A stretch of DNA of 64,000 bases from Firmicutes bacterium CAG:460 (lineage in GTDB: Bacteria; Bacillota_I; Bacilli_A; RF39; UBA660), in NCBI GenBank assembly GCA_000437355.1, contig FR899774.1:50404-114403 (forward strand). The letters run 5' to 3'. Below, in pieces: positions 50,674-59,573 of this stretch. Every line of letters begins with the position of its first letter. Position 1 is the stretch's first letter. Under the pieces are notes generated by a model. The model worked only from the letters and a program-made list of their open reading frames with translations, was not told where the DNA came from and searched no databases. A program made the translations under genes and the position numbers.

Positions 50674-50699
50674 TGTTGATAACAATTAAGTTATCAACA
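50674..50699. promoter_or_regulatory. Perfect palindromic operator-like site upstream of the nrtR-like promoter
   Basis: TGTTGATAAC-AATTAA-GTTATCAACA with 10-bp perfect arms, 15 nt upstream of the -35. Confidence 0.5.
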
Positions 50700-50702
50700 A
50701 AT

Positions 50703-51416
50703 TTATGGCTTTAATCTTTCTAATTTTGTTTCTTTAGAAACCATATTATTCATTATTTCTATAAATCTTTCATTAGTAATATTAACTAGTAATTTTCTTA
50801 TTTCTTCTTCACTTAAATGAGAAACAAAATCCATTATATAACCATATTCCATCTCAAAAAGTATTTTTTTCTTGTATTTTTTAATTGTTTCTTGCCAATA
50901 TGGAGTTTGTTTTAATTCGACATAGTACGTACTTAATATAAATATCAAGTATTCTTTTAATTTCTTTTGAAGTTTTAAATCTGTTATTCTAATTTCTAAA
51001 CTAATATTTTCTAGTGAAATCCCTGGTGTTATATAAAAATCATTATTTTTAGAAAATGAAAAAGTAAATGAAATGGTATTACTATTTACATTAAAGTTAT
51101 ATACTACAGGAAAATTTGCAAGTAAATAATCAATTATTTCTTTTAAAGTATTAATATCTAAAAAAGTATCTGTTAATATATTTCCATTTGGTACACTTTG
51201 TTTAAAATTTTCTGTGCCATCGAGGATACTAATAAATGTGTGTGGCATATTATCTTCTTCTATTAAATTAATTAATATATCCATTGATGGGCTTTTAAAA
51301 CTTGGCATATCTAAATCTATTCTTGGTGTTTGAACGGGATGCAATAAATTTATTATATTAATTATCTTTTTTAATACTTCTTTTTCATTTGTTATTTCCA
51401 TAACCAAAACCTCCAT
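50703..51416 (-). CDS. Hypothetical protein
   Basis: 237-aa ORF. No family was recognised. Confidence 0.4.
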   Translation of the reverse strand: MEVLVMEITNEKEVLKKIINIINLLHPVQTPRIDLDMPSFKSPSMDILINLIEEDNMPHTFISILDGTENFKQSVPNGNILTDTFLDINTLKEIIDYLLANFPVVYNFNVNSNTISFTFSFSKNNDFYITPGISLENISLEIRITDLKLQKKLKEYLIFILSTYYVELKQTPYWQETIKKYKKKILFEMEYGYIMDFVSHLSEEEIRKLLVNITNERFIEIMNNMVSKETKLERLKP

Positions 51417-51527
51417 TTGTTTTTATGATAAATTATAATCATATTTTTTTCAAAAATGCGTATAATAAATTTTTTAATTAAAAGGTGCAACATAACTATA
51501 ATGTCTACACCTTTTTATTAAATTTTA

Positions 51528-54017
51528 TTACTTTCCACAACAATTCTTATATTTTTTTCCGGAACCGCAAATGCAAGGGTCATTGCGTCCAATTTTATGA
51601 CTTACTCTTTTAGGTTGGTTCTTTATTTTTTCTTTGCCATCATTAGCTGTACCTTTTAAAGTTTGTTTCCTTTCAACATTTTGACGAACTTCTGCTTTAA
51701 GTAAGAATAAGGCAATATCATTATCTATTTTGTTAAGTAAATTGTCAAACATTTCAAAACCTTCCATAGTATAGACTTGAACTGGGTTTGATTGTCCATA
51801 ACCACGAAGACCAACACCTTCTTTTAAGTGTTCCATTGCACTCATGTGGTCTACCCAACTTGTATCAATAACACGAAGTGATATAGCTTTTTCAAAATCA
51901 TTCATAAGTGGAGATGATATCATTTTCTTTTCATAGTTTTTGATAACTTGCTCACTGATATAATCTATTACTTCTTGCTCTTTCATTCCTTCAAGAACTT
52001 TTGGATTTAACTGTTCACCTTTTAAAAAGTTTGTATTTACATATTCTGCAATTTCAGATAAATCATTTTCTGTTAAACAATTTTCTGGTGGAATATGACT
52101 ATCTACAAGATTAGTAATCGTATTCTTAAACGTTTCAATAATTGTATCATGAATGCTTTCTTCATCTAGTATTTCATTACGACGTGCATAAATTATTTCT
52201 CTTTGTTCATTTAAAACATTATCATAATCAAGTAAACTTTTACGATAATCGAAGTTATTTCCTTCAACTTTCTTTTGGGCAGATTCTATACTTCTTGTTA
52301 GTGCTTTAGAGCGGATTGCTTGGTCATCATCAATACCCATGCTTATTAACATATTTTTGATTTTTTCAGTACCAAAACGACGCATTAAATCATCTTCAAA
52401 TGAAACAAAGAATTGACTTGTTCCTGGGTCTCCTTGACGTCCAGAACGTCCACGTAACTGATTATCAATACGGCGAGATTCATGTCTTTCAGTACCAATT
52501 ACATAAAGTCCGCCGATTTCACGAACGCCTTCCCCTAGTTTAATATCTGTTCCACGTCCTGCCATGTTTGTTGCAAGTGTTATAGCATCTTTTTCACCAG
52601 CATGAGCAATTATTTCCGCTTCTCTTTCGTGGTTCTTAGCATTTAATACTTCATGTTTTAAACCATTTTTAGTAAGTAATTTACTTAATCTTTCGTTAGC
52701 TTCAACTGAAATTGTACCAATTAGAATAGGCTCGTGTTTAGCATGAATTTCTTTTACAACGTTAATAATTGCTTTATATTTTCCATTTTCTCCAGAATAA
52801 ACTAAGTCTGGTAAATCAATACGAGCAACTGGTTTGTTAGTAGGTATTCTAATAACATACATGTTGTAAATATTTCTAAATTCTTCCTCTTCAGTTTTAG
52901 CAGTACCTGTCATCCCTGATAGTTTATTATACATTCTAAATAAGTTTTGGAATGTAATCGTTGCCATTGTTTTGGTTTCAGTGTTAATTGTAACTCCTTC
53001 TTTAGCTTCAATAGCTTGATGAAGTCCTTCAGAATATTGTCTTCCATGCATTAAACGTCCTGTAAATGGGTCAACGATTATAATTGCATCATTATCAACA
53101 ACATAATCAATATCTTTTTTAAATCCATAATTTGCTTTTAGAGCTTGATTAATGTGATGCACTAAATTAGTATTATCTAAATCATATAAATTTGCTACAT
53201 TTAATAATTTTTCAACTTTTTTACTACCTTCAGCAGTTAATGATACGCTCTTTGTTTTTAAATCAATTGTGTAATCATCATCTTCTTTTAGTCTTTTAGC
53301 AACTCTATCAGCTTCAATATAAAGACTGTTTGTATTAAATTGACCTCCACTGATAATTAATGGTGTTCTTGCTTCATCAATTAAGATTGAATCAACTTCA
53401 TCGATGATACAGAAGTTAAGTCCCCTTTGAACTCTATCTTCTTTTCTTACAACCATATTATCTCTTAAGTAGTCAAATCCTACTTCATTATTTGTTGAAT
53501 ATGTAATATCAGCATTATATGCTTCTTGTTTTTCTTTTGGAGATAATTCTCTTAAGTTGATACCAACAGAAACTCCTAGTAAATCATAAATTGGTCTCAT
53601 CCATTCTGCATTACGACTTGATAAGTATTCGTTAGTTGTTACAACATGTACACCTTTTTTTTCCAAAGCATTTAGGTAAGCTGGTAAAATTGTTGTTAAA
53701 GTTTTACCTTCACCAGTTTTCATTTCCGCAATATTACCATAATGGATTGCTAAGCCCCCAAGGATTTGAACATGGAATGGTTTTTCCCCAATAGCACGAT
53801 AAGCTGCTTCACGAGCTACAGCAAATGCAGGAACTACAATATCTTCAAGTGTTTTTCCATCTTCAAGCATTGCTTTAAATTCTAAAGTTTTATCTTTAAA
53901 ATCTTCATCTTTTAAAGCTTGCATAACAGGTTCTAATTTTTCAATTTCTTCTGCTAATTTCTCAAAGCGACATAATTCTTTATATTCACTATCTAATAAT
54001 TTTTTTATAAAATTCAT
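51528..54017 (-). CDS. secA: Preprotein translocase ATPase SecA
   Basis: 829 aa with DEAD motor motifs and a C-terminal zinc-binding CxCxSGx8C tail (CICGSGKKYKNCC). Confidence 0.95.
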   Translation of the reverse strand: MNFIKKLLDSEYKELCRFEKLAEEIEKLEPVMQALKDEDFKDKTLEFKAMLEDGKTLEDIVVPAFAVAREAAYRAIGEKPFHVQILGGLAIHYGNIAEMKTGEGKTLTTILPAYLNALEKKGVHVVTTNEYLSSRNAEWMRPIYDLLGVSVGINLRELSPKEKQEAYNADITYSTNNEVGFDYLRDNMVVRKEDRVQRGLNFCIIDEVDSILIDEARTPLIISGGQFNTNSLYIEADRVAKRLKEDDDYTIDLKTKSVSLTAEGSKKVEKLLNVANLYDLDNTNLVHHINQALKANYGFKKDIDYVVDNDAIIIVDPFTGRLMHGRQYSEGLHQAIEAKEGVTINTETKTMATITFQNLFRMYNKLSGMTGTAKTEEEEFRNIYNMYVIRIPTNKPVARIDLPDLVYSGENGKYKAIINVVKEIHAKHEPILIGTISVEANERLSKLLTKNGLKHEVLNAKNHEREAEIIAHAGEKDAITLATNMAGRGTDIKLGEGVREIGGLYVIGTERHESRRIDNQLRGRSGRQGDPGTSQFFVSFEDDLMRRFGTEKIKNMLISMGIDDDQAIRSKALTRSIESAQKKVEGNNFDYRKSLLDYDNVLNEQREIIYARRNEILDEESIHDTIIETFKNTITNLVDSHIPPENCLTENDLSEIAEYVNTNFLKGEQLNPKVLEGMKEQEVIDYISEQVIKNYEKKMISSPLMNDFEKAISLRVIDTSWVDHMSAMEHLKEGVGLRGYGQSNPVQVYTMEGFEMFDNLLNKIDNDIALFLLKAEVRQNVERKQTLKGTANDGKEKIKNQPKRVSHKIGRNDPCICGSGKKYKNCCGK

Positions 54018-54040
54018 TTTCTCATTTCTCCTTAATGTGT

Positions 54041-54049
54041 ATTATATCA
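54041..54049 (-). promoter_or_regulatory. Extended -10 element (TGATATAAT) upstream of secA
   Basis: The minus strand reads TGATATAAT about 25 nt upstream of the secA RBS. Confidence 0.4.
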
Positions 54050-54102
54050 TAAGTAGAAAAAAAGAAAAAGCTTTTAAAGGCTTTTTCACATGATTATCAC
54101 TA

Positions 54103-54125
54103 AAAAAGAAGCCTTTTAGGCTTCA
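54103..54125. terminator. Rho-independent terminator downstream of hpf
   Basis: GAAGCC-TTTTA-GGCTTC followed by TTTTTT on the minus strand. Confidence 0.5.
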
Positions 54126-54134
54126 AATTATAAA

Positions 54135-54671
54135 CTATTTAACATTTATGATACCAAATTTACCATCTTTTCTTTTATATAGAACAGATACGCAATCTTC
54201 ATCAATATTTTTGAAAACAAAGAAATCATGATTTAATAATTCAATTTGAAGCATTGCTTCTTCTTCATCCATTGGTTTCATTTCCATTTCTTTTCTCTTG
54301 ATGATTTTTGGCACTTCTTCTTCCTCATCTTCAGGAACTTCAAAATCAAAACTCATTTCAAATTTAGGAACATCGCGATATTTCTTGCCAAGACGATTTT
54401 TATTTTTTCTAATTTGTCCTTCAAGTTTATCAACGACAAGGTCCGTTGCTGCATAAAGGTCAGGATGTCTTTCTTCTGCTCTTAAAGTAAATTTACTTGT
54501 TGGCACTGTTACTTCAATACTTTGGTCTTGGTTTTTTACCTTTACTAGAACCTTACATTCAGTTACCTTAGGACTTTCAAAATACTTATCTAGCTTTCCT
54601 AACTTTTCTGTTATGTATTCTTTCATTGATTTTGTGACTGTTACTTTGTCACCACGAATACTTATTTTCAA
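54135..54671 (-). CDS. hpf: Ribosome hibernation promoting factor (long HPF)
   Basis: 178 aa. N-terminal S30AE/YfiA domain plus a C-terminal dimerisation domain. Confidence 0.85.
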   Translation of the reverse strand: MKISIRGDKVTVTKSMKEYITEKLGKLDKYFESPKVTECKVLVKVKNQDQSIEVTVPTSKFTLRAEERHPDLYAATDLVVDKLEGQIRKNKNRLGKKYRDVPKFEMSFDFEVPEDEEEEVPKIIKRKEMEMKPMDEEEAMLQIELLNHDFFVFKNIDEDCVSVLYKRKDGKFGIINVK

Positions 54672-54717
54672 TATATCACCTTCCTACTTTTAATATACCA
54701 CAAAAAAAGGAAAAAAA

Positions 54718-54936
54718 CTACTTAATTGTAGTCATTTCTTGTTCTAAAACATCAACTGCTTGTAAACCTTTTGAAGTTTCAATTAATTTGAAATTCACTG
54801 TTGCACCTTCGTTTAATGTCTTATAACCTTCTTTTACGATAGCTGAGTAATGTACAAAGATATCTGATAGTTTATCGCATTCGATGAAACCATAACCTTT
54901 GTCATTATTAAACCATTTTACAGTTCCTTGCATCAT
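54718..54936 (-). CDS. Cold-shock protein (CspA family)
   Basis: MMQGTVKWFNNDKGYGFI carries RNP1/RNP2 motifs. The ORF-track N-terminal extension is 5'UTR. RBS GGAAGGAG. Confidence 0.85.
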   Translation of the reverse strand: MMQGTVKWFNNDKGYGFIECDKLSDIFVHYSAIVKEGYKTLNEGATVNFKLIETSKGLQAVDVLEQEMTTIK

Positions 54937-55030
54937 ATCATTTAACTCCTTCCTACATTTAAACTTTAACACAGCGGAAAGTATTTTGCAAGAAAAATCG
55001 TTCGACAAAAGTCGACAAAAGCCCATAAAA

Positions 55031-55633
55031 TCAGCCTTTCTCGCTAGTAATTATATGGGTTTCATGATTTTTAAAAATATATGTTTTTTTGTTAAATTTG
55101 TCTTCTAAATTTAAAAATACCTCTTCTAGAATATTTCCACTTCCAAGTAAGCAGACTTCTTTTTTATCTGTAATGTAATCAATATATTTTAAAATATCAG
55201 ATGTATTTTTAAAAGAATTTGTTTCCATATAAATATTCTTTATTTTTTTATATTCATCTAAGTATGTAACATTAAAATAATTATCAAATATATTTATATA
55301 TGCAATATTTTCTTTTAATTTATAATATTTTATTTCTTTTTCAACAACTATTTTTCGATAGTTAAAAGAACTAATAATGTTTTTTAAAAATAATATATCT
55401 GCTTCTTTATAATTATTTGCTACTATTATTTTTATTGTATCACCAAATAAAGAGTTATTTAAATGATTAGCATTTAATAACTTTTCAAATGATTTTATAA
55501 ACTTTTTAGTATTTGATATTTTGCCACCATAAATGGTTCTATCTGGTAATTTATATTTTATTATTTCTTTATTCTTTTTATTTTTAAAATATAAATAATC
55601 ATCTGTTATATGTAATATATTATTAAATTTCAT
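55031..55633 (-). CDS. Hypothetical protein
   Basis: 200-aa ORF. No family was recognised. Confidence 0.4.
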   Translation of the reverse strand: MKFNNILHITDDYLYFKNKKNKEIIKYKLPDRTIYGGKISNTKKFIKSFEKLLNANHLNNSLFGDTIKIIVANNYKEADILFLKNIISSFNYRKIVVEKEIKYYKLKENIAYINIFDNYFNVTYLDEYKKIKNIYMETNSFKNTSDILKYIDYITDKKEVCLLGSGNILEEVFLNLEDKFNKKTYIFKNHETHIITSEKG

Positions 55634-55635
55634 AA

Positions 55636-55884
55636 TTATCCTCTTTTGTATTTTTGCCTTGTTACTTCTCCTCCACGGATATGTTTTTCTCTATCATGGG
55701 TTTTAAATATATTATCTATTTCACGACCTAGATTTTTATCTATTTCTTTTAATCTTTCAGAAAGGTCTGTATGTACAGTACTTTTACTTACATTAAACCT
55801 ATCTGCAGTTTGTCTTATAGTATCTTGTGTTTTAATTATGTGATTTGCTTCACTTAAAACTCTTCTTTTTATGTCTTTATTCAT
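55636..55884 (-). CDS. spoIIID: Stage III sporulation protein D (small HTH regulator)
   Basis: 82 aa. VSKSTVHTDLSERL and RGGEVTRQKYK match SpoIIID. Confidence 0.8.
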   Translation of the reverse strand: MNKDIKRRVLSEANHIIKTQDTIRQTADRFNVSKSTVHTDLSERLKEIDKNLGREIDNIFKTHDREKHIRGGEVTRQKYKRG

Positions 55885-55934
55885 TAACCAAACAACCCCT
55901 TAATAAACTATATTATTAAAGGGCTATTTTTATG

Positions 55935-56570
55935 TTATTTTAAATCTTCAATTGACATGTTATAAAAGTCTTCTGGGTCAATTGCTGTTCCATTATGATA
56001 TACTTCAAAAAGTAAGCAATTTTCTGTTTCACCATTTAGACTGTTATCTCCACTTTTACCTAGAACATCTCCGCTCATTACTGTGTCATCTTTCTTTACT
56101 TGAACTTCACTTAGACTGTAATAAATTGTTTTTAGGTTTGGATTATGAGTAATTTCTACAAAATTTCCTAATATTTCATCTTTGGAAACATTTGTTACTT
56201 TACCATCGATAGCACAGATAACATCAAATGCAGATGTTGATGAATATAAAACTCCACTATTTTGTAAGTATGTATTTTCATAGTAAACTAAGGAATTTTG
56301 TTGTTTTGCTTCATCATCAGTCATATCATAAAATGATTTACTTATTGAAACATTACTACTTACATATGGTCTTTCAATCCTACTTTCAACAACATTATCA
56401 GTTTTACCAACTGGTGTAACATTATCTTTTAAAGCACTAACTGCCATATTGCCATATTCCACCTTGCTTTGTAAAATGTTTCCTAGAAAGGAAATACTTA
56501 TAAATAATACTCCGATAACCATTACATATACTGTAGGTAATACAAATTTTTTAAGTCTTTTTGTTTTCAC
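55935..56570 (-). CDS. Membrane-anchored degenerate M23/LytM-domain protein, SpoIIQ-like
   Basis: N-terminal TM. The LytM region has Cys in place of a catalytic His (VICAIDGKV) and LLFEVYHNG in place of HxH. It sits between spoIID and spoIIID, as in Clostridia. Confidence 0.5.
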   Translation of the reverse strand: MKTKRLKKFVLPTVYVMVIGVLFISISFLGNILQSKVEYGNMAVSALKDNVTPVGKTDNVVESRIERPYVSSNVSISKSFYDMTDDEAKQQNSLVYYENTYLQNSGVLYSSTSAFDVICAIDGKVTNVSKDEILGNFVEITHNPNLKTIYYSLSEVQVKKDDTVMSGDVLGKSGDNSLNGETENCLLFEVYHNGTAIDPEDFYNMSIEDLK

Positions 56571-56613
56571 TTTTTCACCATCCTAGTTAAAGTATGGGAA
56601 TATTTACCACTTT

Positions 56614-57522
56614 TTATACACTAATTTTTTCAATATTTATATTTTGATAGTAATGTTTTAATATTTCTTCATAATTTTTACCATTTTGAGCTAGTTTATT
56701 AGCTCCATATTGACTCATTCCAACACCATGTCCATAACCTTTTGTTACAAATTTAATTTCACTACCTATACTTATGTCAAAATCTGTTGACTTTAAATCA
56801 AACAATGTTCTAATTTCTGTACCTTTAAAAGTTTTGCCATTAATATTTAAACTATTAATTCTACCCGATGAACTTTTTAAAACATTGCTAATATTTATGG
56901 CATCACAACTAATATTTATTTTATTACAAAATTCATCTTTACTAATTGTTACTTCACTAGTTAAACTTTCTTCAGGGCTTTCTACACTTTTTAAATATTC
57001 TTCATTACTTCCAAACACTAAGATTGCATCTTCAGTTTTGCCATTAGACCTTGCAAAATACAGGCTTAAAATAATATCACCATTATAAGTCATGATTAAA
57101 TCTTTAGTATCATAAACTGCTTTTTTAATCTTCTCAAAATAATAATCAAAATTTTCTTGCCATAAACTTTTCATTTTATCTTCAGTTATATAAACTTGAT
57201 TTGTTTTATCTGTTACTAAGTCATACGTGCCATTACTATTTTTCATTTTATACATAGCATAAGTTCTTGCTGCAATTGCTTGGGCTTTTAAGGCTTCTTC
57301 ATTAAATGACGCAGGCATTTCACCAGCTACAACACCAACAATATAATCTTCTAACTCAATATTTTTTATCTCTCCAGTTGATGTATCTTTTAAAGCCAGT
57401 TTTATTTCTTCTTTTACTTCTTCTTTTTTAGCATTATTAAAATAAGTGGTTTCTTTTTTAGAACCACTTATTGCTATAACACTTAAAACTACTACGATTA
57501 ATAATAATATTTTATTTTTCAT
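56614..57522 (-). CDS. spoIID: Stage II sporulation protein D (SpoIID/LytB lytic transglycosylase)
   Basis: 302 aa with SpoIID-domain motifs (AQAIAARTYA, RSNGKTED, GHGVGMSQYGA). Confidence 0.85.
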   Translation of the reverse strand: MKNKILLLIVVVLSVIAISGSKKETTYFNNAKKEEVKEEIKLALKDTSTGEIKNIELEDYIVGVVAGEMPASFNEEALKAQAIAARTYAMYKMKNSNGTYDLVTDKTNQVYITEDKMKSLWQENFDYYFEKIKKAVYDTKDLIMTYNGDIILSLYFARSNGKTEDAILVFGSNEEYLKSVESPEESLTSEVTISKDEFCNKINISCDAINISNVLKSSSGRINSLNINGKTFKGTEIRTLFDLKSTDFDISIGSEIKFVTKGYGHGVGMSQYGANKLAQNGKNYEEILKHYYQNINIEKISV

Positions 57523-57542
57523 AGCATCTCCATTAAATTATA

Positions 57543-57737
57543 TTATATGTTTAAAAAATCTAGTACAAAATTTGTTAATAAGTAACCAAAAGAAAAACTT
57601 AAAACCATTACTAATACTTTAGCTTCAATAGTTTTATTAGCTTTTATAATACCATTAAAGTTTATTCCAGATAAACCAAAAGCACTTACAAAGGTGAAGA
57701 ATATATATAATAATAACTTAACTAACATAGTTTTCAC
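57543..57737 (-). CDS. Small two-TM membrane protein (hypothetical)
   Basis: 64-aa ORF between rpiB and spoIID. Confidence 0.25.
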   Translation of the reverse strand: MKTMLVKLLLYIFFTFVSAFGLSGINFNGIIKANKTIEAKVLVMVLSFSFGYLLTNFVLDFLNI

Positions 57738-58176
57738 TTTCTATTTTATTTATTTTTTCTATTCTTCTTAAATGTCTTTCTTCACTTGGTTCTTTTGTCA
57801 TAATAAAATTATCTATAATATTATGAATTTCTTCAGTTGGAATGTTGGAACTAAATGCAATGACATTGGCACCATTATGGTTTTTAGCTGTAAAAGCATC
57901 ATTACTATCAACTACTCTAGCACAACGTATTCCTTTAAATTTGTTGGCAGCTATAGACATACCTATTCCTGAACCACAAACTAAAATTCCTAAAGAATGT
58001 TCTTTTAATACATGCTCACATACCCATTTTGCATAATCCGGATAATCATCGTTATCATTATTTATAATATCTGGTGTTTCTACTATATAACCAAATTCAT
58101 TTAGATAATTAATGATATCATCTTTACACTTAACTCCTTGGTGGTCATAACCTAAAAATATTTTTATTGTAATCAT
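57718..58176 (-). CDS. rpiB: Ribose-5-phosphate isomerase B (RpiB/LacAB family)
   Basis: LGILVCGSGIGMSIAANKFKGIRCA and an HxRR motif. Confidence 0.8.
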   Translation of the reverse strand: MITIKIFLGYDHQGVKCKDDIINYLNEFGYIVETPDIINNDNDDYPDYAKWVCEHVLKEHSLGILVCGSGIGMSIAANKFKGIRCARVVDSNDAFTAKNHNGANVIAFSSNIPTEEIHNIIDNFIMTKEPSEERHLRRIEKINKIESENYVS

Positions 58177-58217
58177 CTCCCGATTTAATTATACAAAAGA
58201 TTTTAGAACATGTCTAT

Positions 58218-59432
58218 CTATTTAAAACTTATTTTTTGATTTTCTTTTTCTTCTTTGTCTATTTCAAAAAACAATTCTGGTTTAAACTTGAAAATATTTG
58301 CAATTATATTTGATGGAACTTTTTCTATTTCATTTTTATATTTTAAGACATCTTTATTATATTTAATTCTAGAATTACTTATTTCATCTTCTAAATCACT
58401 TAATTTATTTTGTAAACTCATATAGTTTTTATCTGCTTTTAATTCTGGATATTCTTCTTTTAATAATAATATTTTATCTACACTTTTACTTAATGCCTCA
58501 TTATTTTTTATACTTTCTTCTTTGCTTGTTGCATTTAAAACATTACTTCTGGCTTTTATTATTTCTGTTATTGTTTTCTTTTCATATTTTGAATAACCTT
58601 TTACTACTTCAACTATATTTGGTATTAAATCTGTTCTTTTTTTAAGCAAAATATCTATTGTACTCCAACTTTCTTTTACTTGATTACGTAATTTTATTAA
58701 TTTATTAAATACTATAATTACATATATAATTGGTATTAATATTATTAATATAGATAAAAATATTAATGCTATATACTTTATTTTATTTATTAATCTTTCA
58801 CTGTTTATATTTTTTATTTTTTCTATTTCATATTCTTTATCTTTATTACTTTTTTCTAAATTTTCAGTTTTCTCATTTTCTTGTGTTTTTAAATCATTAT
58901 TTTTCTTTTTATTTAAAGTGTTTTCTTCAGCCATTTTCTTATTTGTTAAGTTCCATTCTTCATCAGATTTATTTTTCATATTGGTACTTTTTTCACTTTG
59001 AAGGGCACTGATTTCATCTTGGATAGAATAATATTTTTTACTTAATCCATTTTTAAAGAATTCATTTTTTTGATTATATTCTAATTCACTTATTTTCTTA
59101 TTTATTTCTTTTTCTTTAAGGGAATATTTTTCTGTTATTTCTTTAGATAAATCAGAATATTTATTATCTAACTTAGTTTTATCAGTTAAATATTCTTCAT
59201 TTATTTTATTTACATTTTCATCATATTTAGTATTTATTTCTTTATTTAAAAGACTATATTTATCATTAATTTCATTTATTAGTTTATTTTGTTCTTCTTT
59301 AGTAAATTCTTTTGTATTATTTAATTCTTTTAAATTACTTATATTTGGTCTTAATATATAATAACTAGATAAAAATGTTATTACACCGATTACTAGACAT
59401 GTAGTTATTATAGAAAGTATTCTTTTTTTCAT
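58218..59432 (-). CDS. LemA-family protein with a ~220-aa N-terminal K/E/N-rich coiled-coil extension
   Basis: C-terminal LemA domain (QVKESWSTIDILLKKRTDLIPNIVEVVKGY...). There are two TM segments. The N-terminal region is low-complexity coiled coil. Confidence 0.65.
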   Translation of the reverse strand: MKKRILSIITTCLVIGVITFLSSYYILRPNISNLKELNNTKEFTKEEQNKLINEINDKYSLLNKEINTKYDENVNKINEEYLTDKTKLDNKYSDLSKEITEKYSLKEKEINKKISELEYNQKNEFFKNGLSKKYYSIQDEISALQSEKSTNMKNKSDEEWNLTNKKMAEENTLNKKKNNDLKTQENEKTENLEKSNKDKEYEIEKIKNINSERLINKIKYIALIFLSILIILIPIIYVIIVFNKLIKLRNQVKESWSTIDILLKKRTDLIPNIVEVVKGYSKYEKKTITEIIKARSNVLNATSKEESIKNNEALSKSVDKILLLKEEYPELKADKNYMSLQNKLSDLEDEISNSRIKYNKDVLKYKNEIEKVPSNIIANIFKFKPELFFEIDKEEKENQKISFK

Positions 59433-59487
59433 TTTTTAAATCACCTAGAATTATAGTATCATATTTATAATTAATTGTCTATTTGAA

Positions 59488-59504
59488 ATGTGGCACAGTG
59501 TGCC
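59488..59504. repeat. GC-rich palindrome, terminator-like hairpin, distal downstream of the intact DUF1016 gene
   Basis: GTGGCACAGTGTGCCAC followed by a T-run on the minus strand. It shares its core with 59542-59560, 60612-60630, 60190-60210 and 35027-35043. Confidence 0.6.
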
Positions 59505-59536
59505 ACACATCTTTTAAATTTTAATTTTGTTTTTTT

Positions 59537-59564
59537 CAAAAGGTGGCGCAGTGCGCCACCTTTT
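59537..59564. terminator. GC-rich palindromic terminator immediately downstream of the intact DUF1016 gene
   Basis: AAAAGGTGGCGCAGTGCGCCACCTTTT, a bidirectional-type hairpin. Confidence 0.6.
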
Positions 59565-59573
59565 CATTTATAT

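Noticed and set aside
54937-55026. N-terminal 30-aa extension of the cold-shock ORF (MGFCRLLSNDFSCKIL...)
   Set aside because: The RBS GGAAGGAG sits just before the internal MMQGTVKWF start, and csp genes have long 5'UTRs. The extension is leader sequence.
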